A stretch of 64,000 nt of DNA from Candidatus Cloacimonadales bacterium. Lineage in GTDB: Bacteria > Cloacimonadota > Cloacimonadia > Cloacimonadales > JAIOQZ01. This document shows, in pieces, positions 63,524-64,000 of this stretch. Below the pieces are notes generated by a model. The model made no database searches, was not told the origin of the DNA, and worked only from the letters and a program-made list of their open reading frames with translations. The stretch's first letter is position 1, and each line of letters starts with the position of its first letter. The stretch lies in contig OY762463.1 of NCBI GenBank assembly GCA_963665815.1, forward strand, positions 800,001-864,000. Reading direction: 5' to 3'. A program made the translations under genes and the position numbers.

Positions 63524-64000
63524 ATGGCTAATATATTCAAAAAACACGAAGTATCAGATAAACTGTTTGAAAAATTCTCTAAACTTCTCTATGATAAAAC
63601 AGGTATTAATCTGCATTATGGCAAGAAACAACTTCTTCAATCACGTTTAAGCAAAGTTCTGCGAGAAAGGAATCTTGAGTCATTTGAAGAATATTATGAT
63701 ATTGTAATGCAGGATAAATCAAATCAGGAATTAGTAAAGCTGATAGATATTATATCAACAAATGTCACTTATTTTTTCAGAGAAGAAAAGCATTTCGAAT
63801 TCATGAAAAATGTCTGGATTGATGAAGTAGGATTAACCGGTGACACCTTGAACATCTGGAGTTCTGCTTGCTCAACAGGTGAGGAGCCTTATTCAATAGC
63901 CATACAGCTATTCGAGCTTCTTGGAAAATCCCGTAAATTCAATATACTTGCCTCCGACATCTCAACAAGAGTCTTAAAGACTGCTCAAAGAGGTGTATAT
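63524..64000 (+). CDS. cheR: Chemotaxis methyltransferase CheR, 3'-truncated by the window edge (absent from the ORF track)
   Basis: Manual translation from ATG 63524: TGINL...KKQLLQSRL, STNVTYFFRE..HF, IWSSACSTGEEPYSIA, ILASDIS. Confidence 0.95.
   Translation, partial: MANIFKKHEVSDKLFEKFSKLLYDKTGINLHYGKKQLLQSRLSKVLRERNLESFEEYYDIVMQDKSNQELVKLIDIISTNVTYFFREEKHFEFMKNVWIDEVGLTGDTLNIWSSACSTGEEPYSIAIQLFELLGKSRKFNILASDISTRVLKTAQRGVY

Overview
AT-rich bacterial genomic DNA; no rRNA, tRNA, CRISPR array, integrase or transposase was recognised. The repeated '[10 protein letters not shown]...[12 protein letters not shown]' C-terminal sorting domain (CTD; FlgD-Ig / T9SS type-A-like) suggests an FCB-group organism, possibly Cloacimonadota-like (inference). 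Layout: (1) 1-8.6 kb: NtrC-type regulator, a sigma54 promoter, then an operon of glutamate dehydrogenase, two PEP-synthase-N-like proteins (one with a C-terminal nucleotidyltransferase) and a metallophosphoesterase. (2) 8.7-11 kb: small genes. (3) 11.3-37.1 kb: tandem array of ten paralogous ~800-850 aa secreted FG-GAP/VCBS beta-propeller proteins with CTDs; two are broken by a single in-frame stop. (4) 37.5-46 kb: dCMP deaminase, a solute-binding protein, a PKD-vWA-CTD protein, GNAT, PadR and a double-HExxH CTD protease. (5) 46-53 kb: two-component cluster. (6) 53-61 kb: four more CTD proteins. (7) cheA and partial cheR. Most notable: the array's CTD-plus-spacer segments are near-identical and mosaic while the propeller bodies are old and diverged. 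The spacers carry two recurring hairpins: a ~50-nt post-stop stem whose G-U pairs work only on the mRNA strand, and a pre-RBS stem with a constant GUUGGG loop on different stems.
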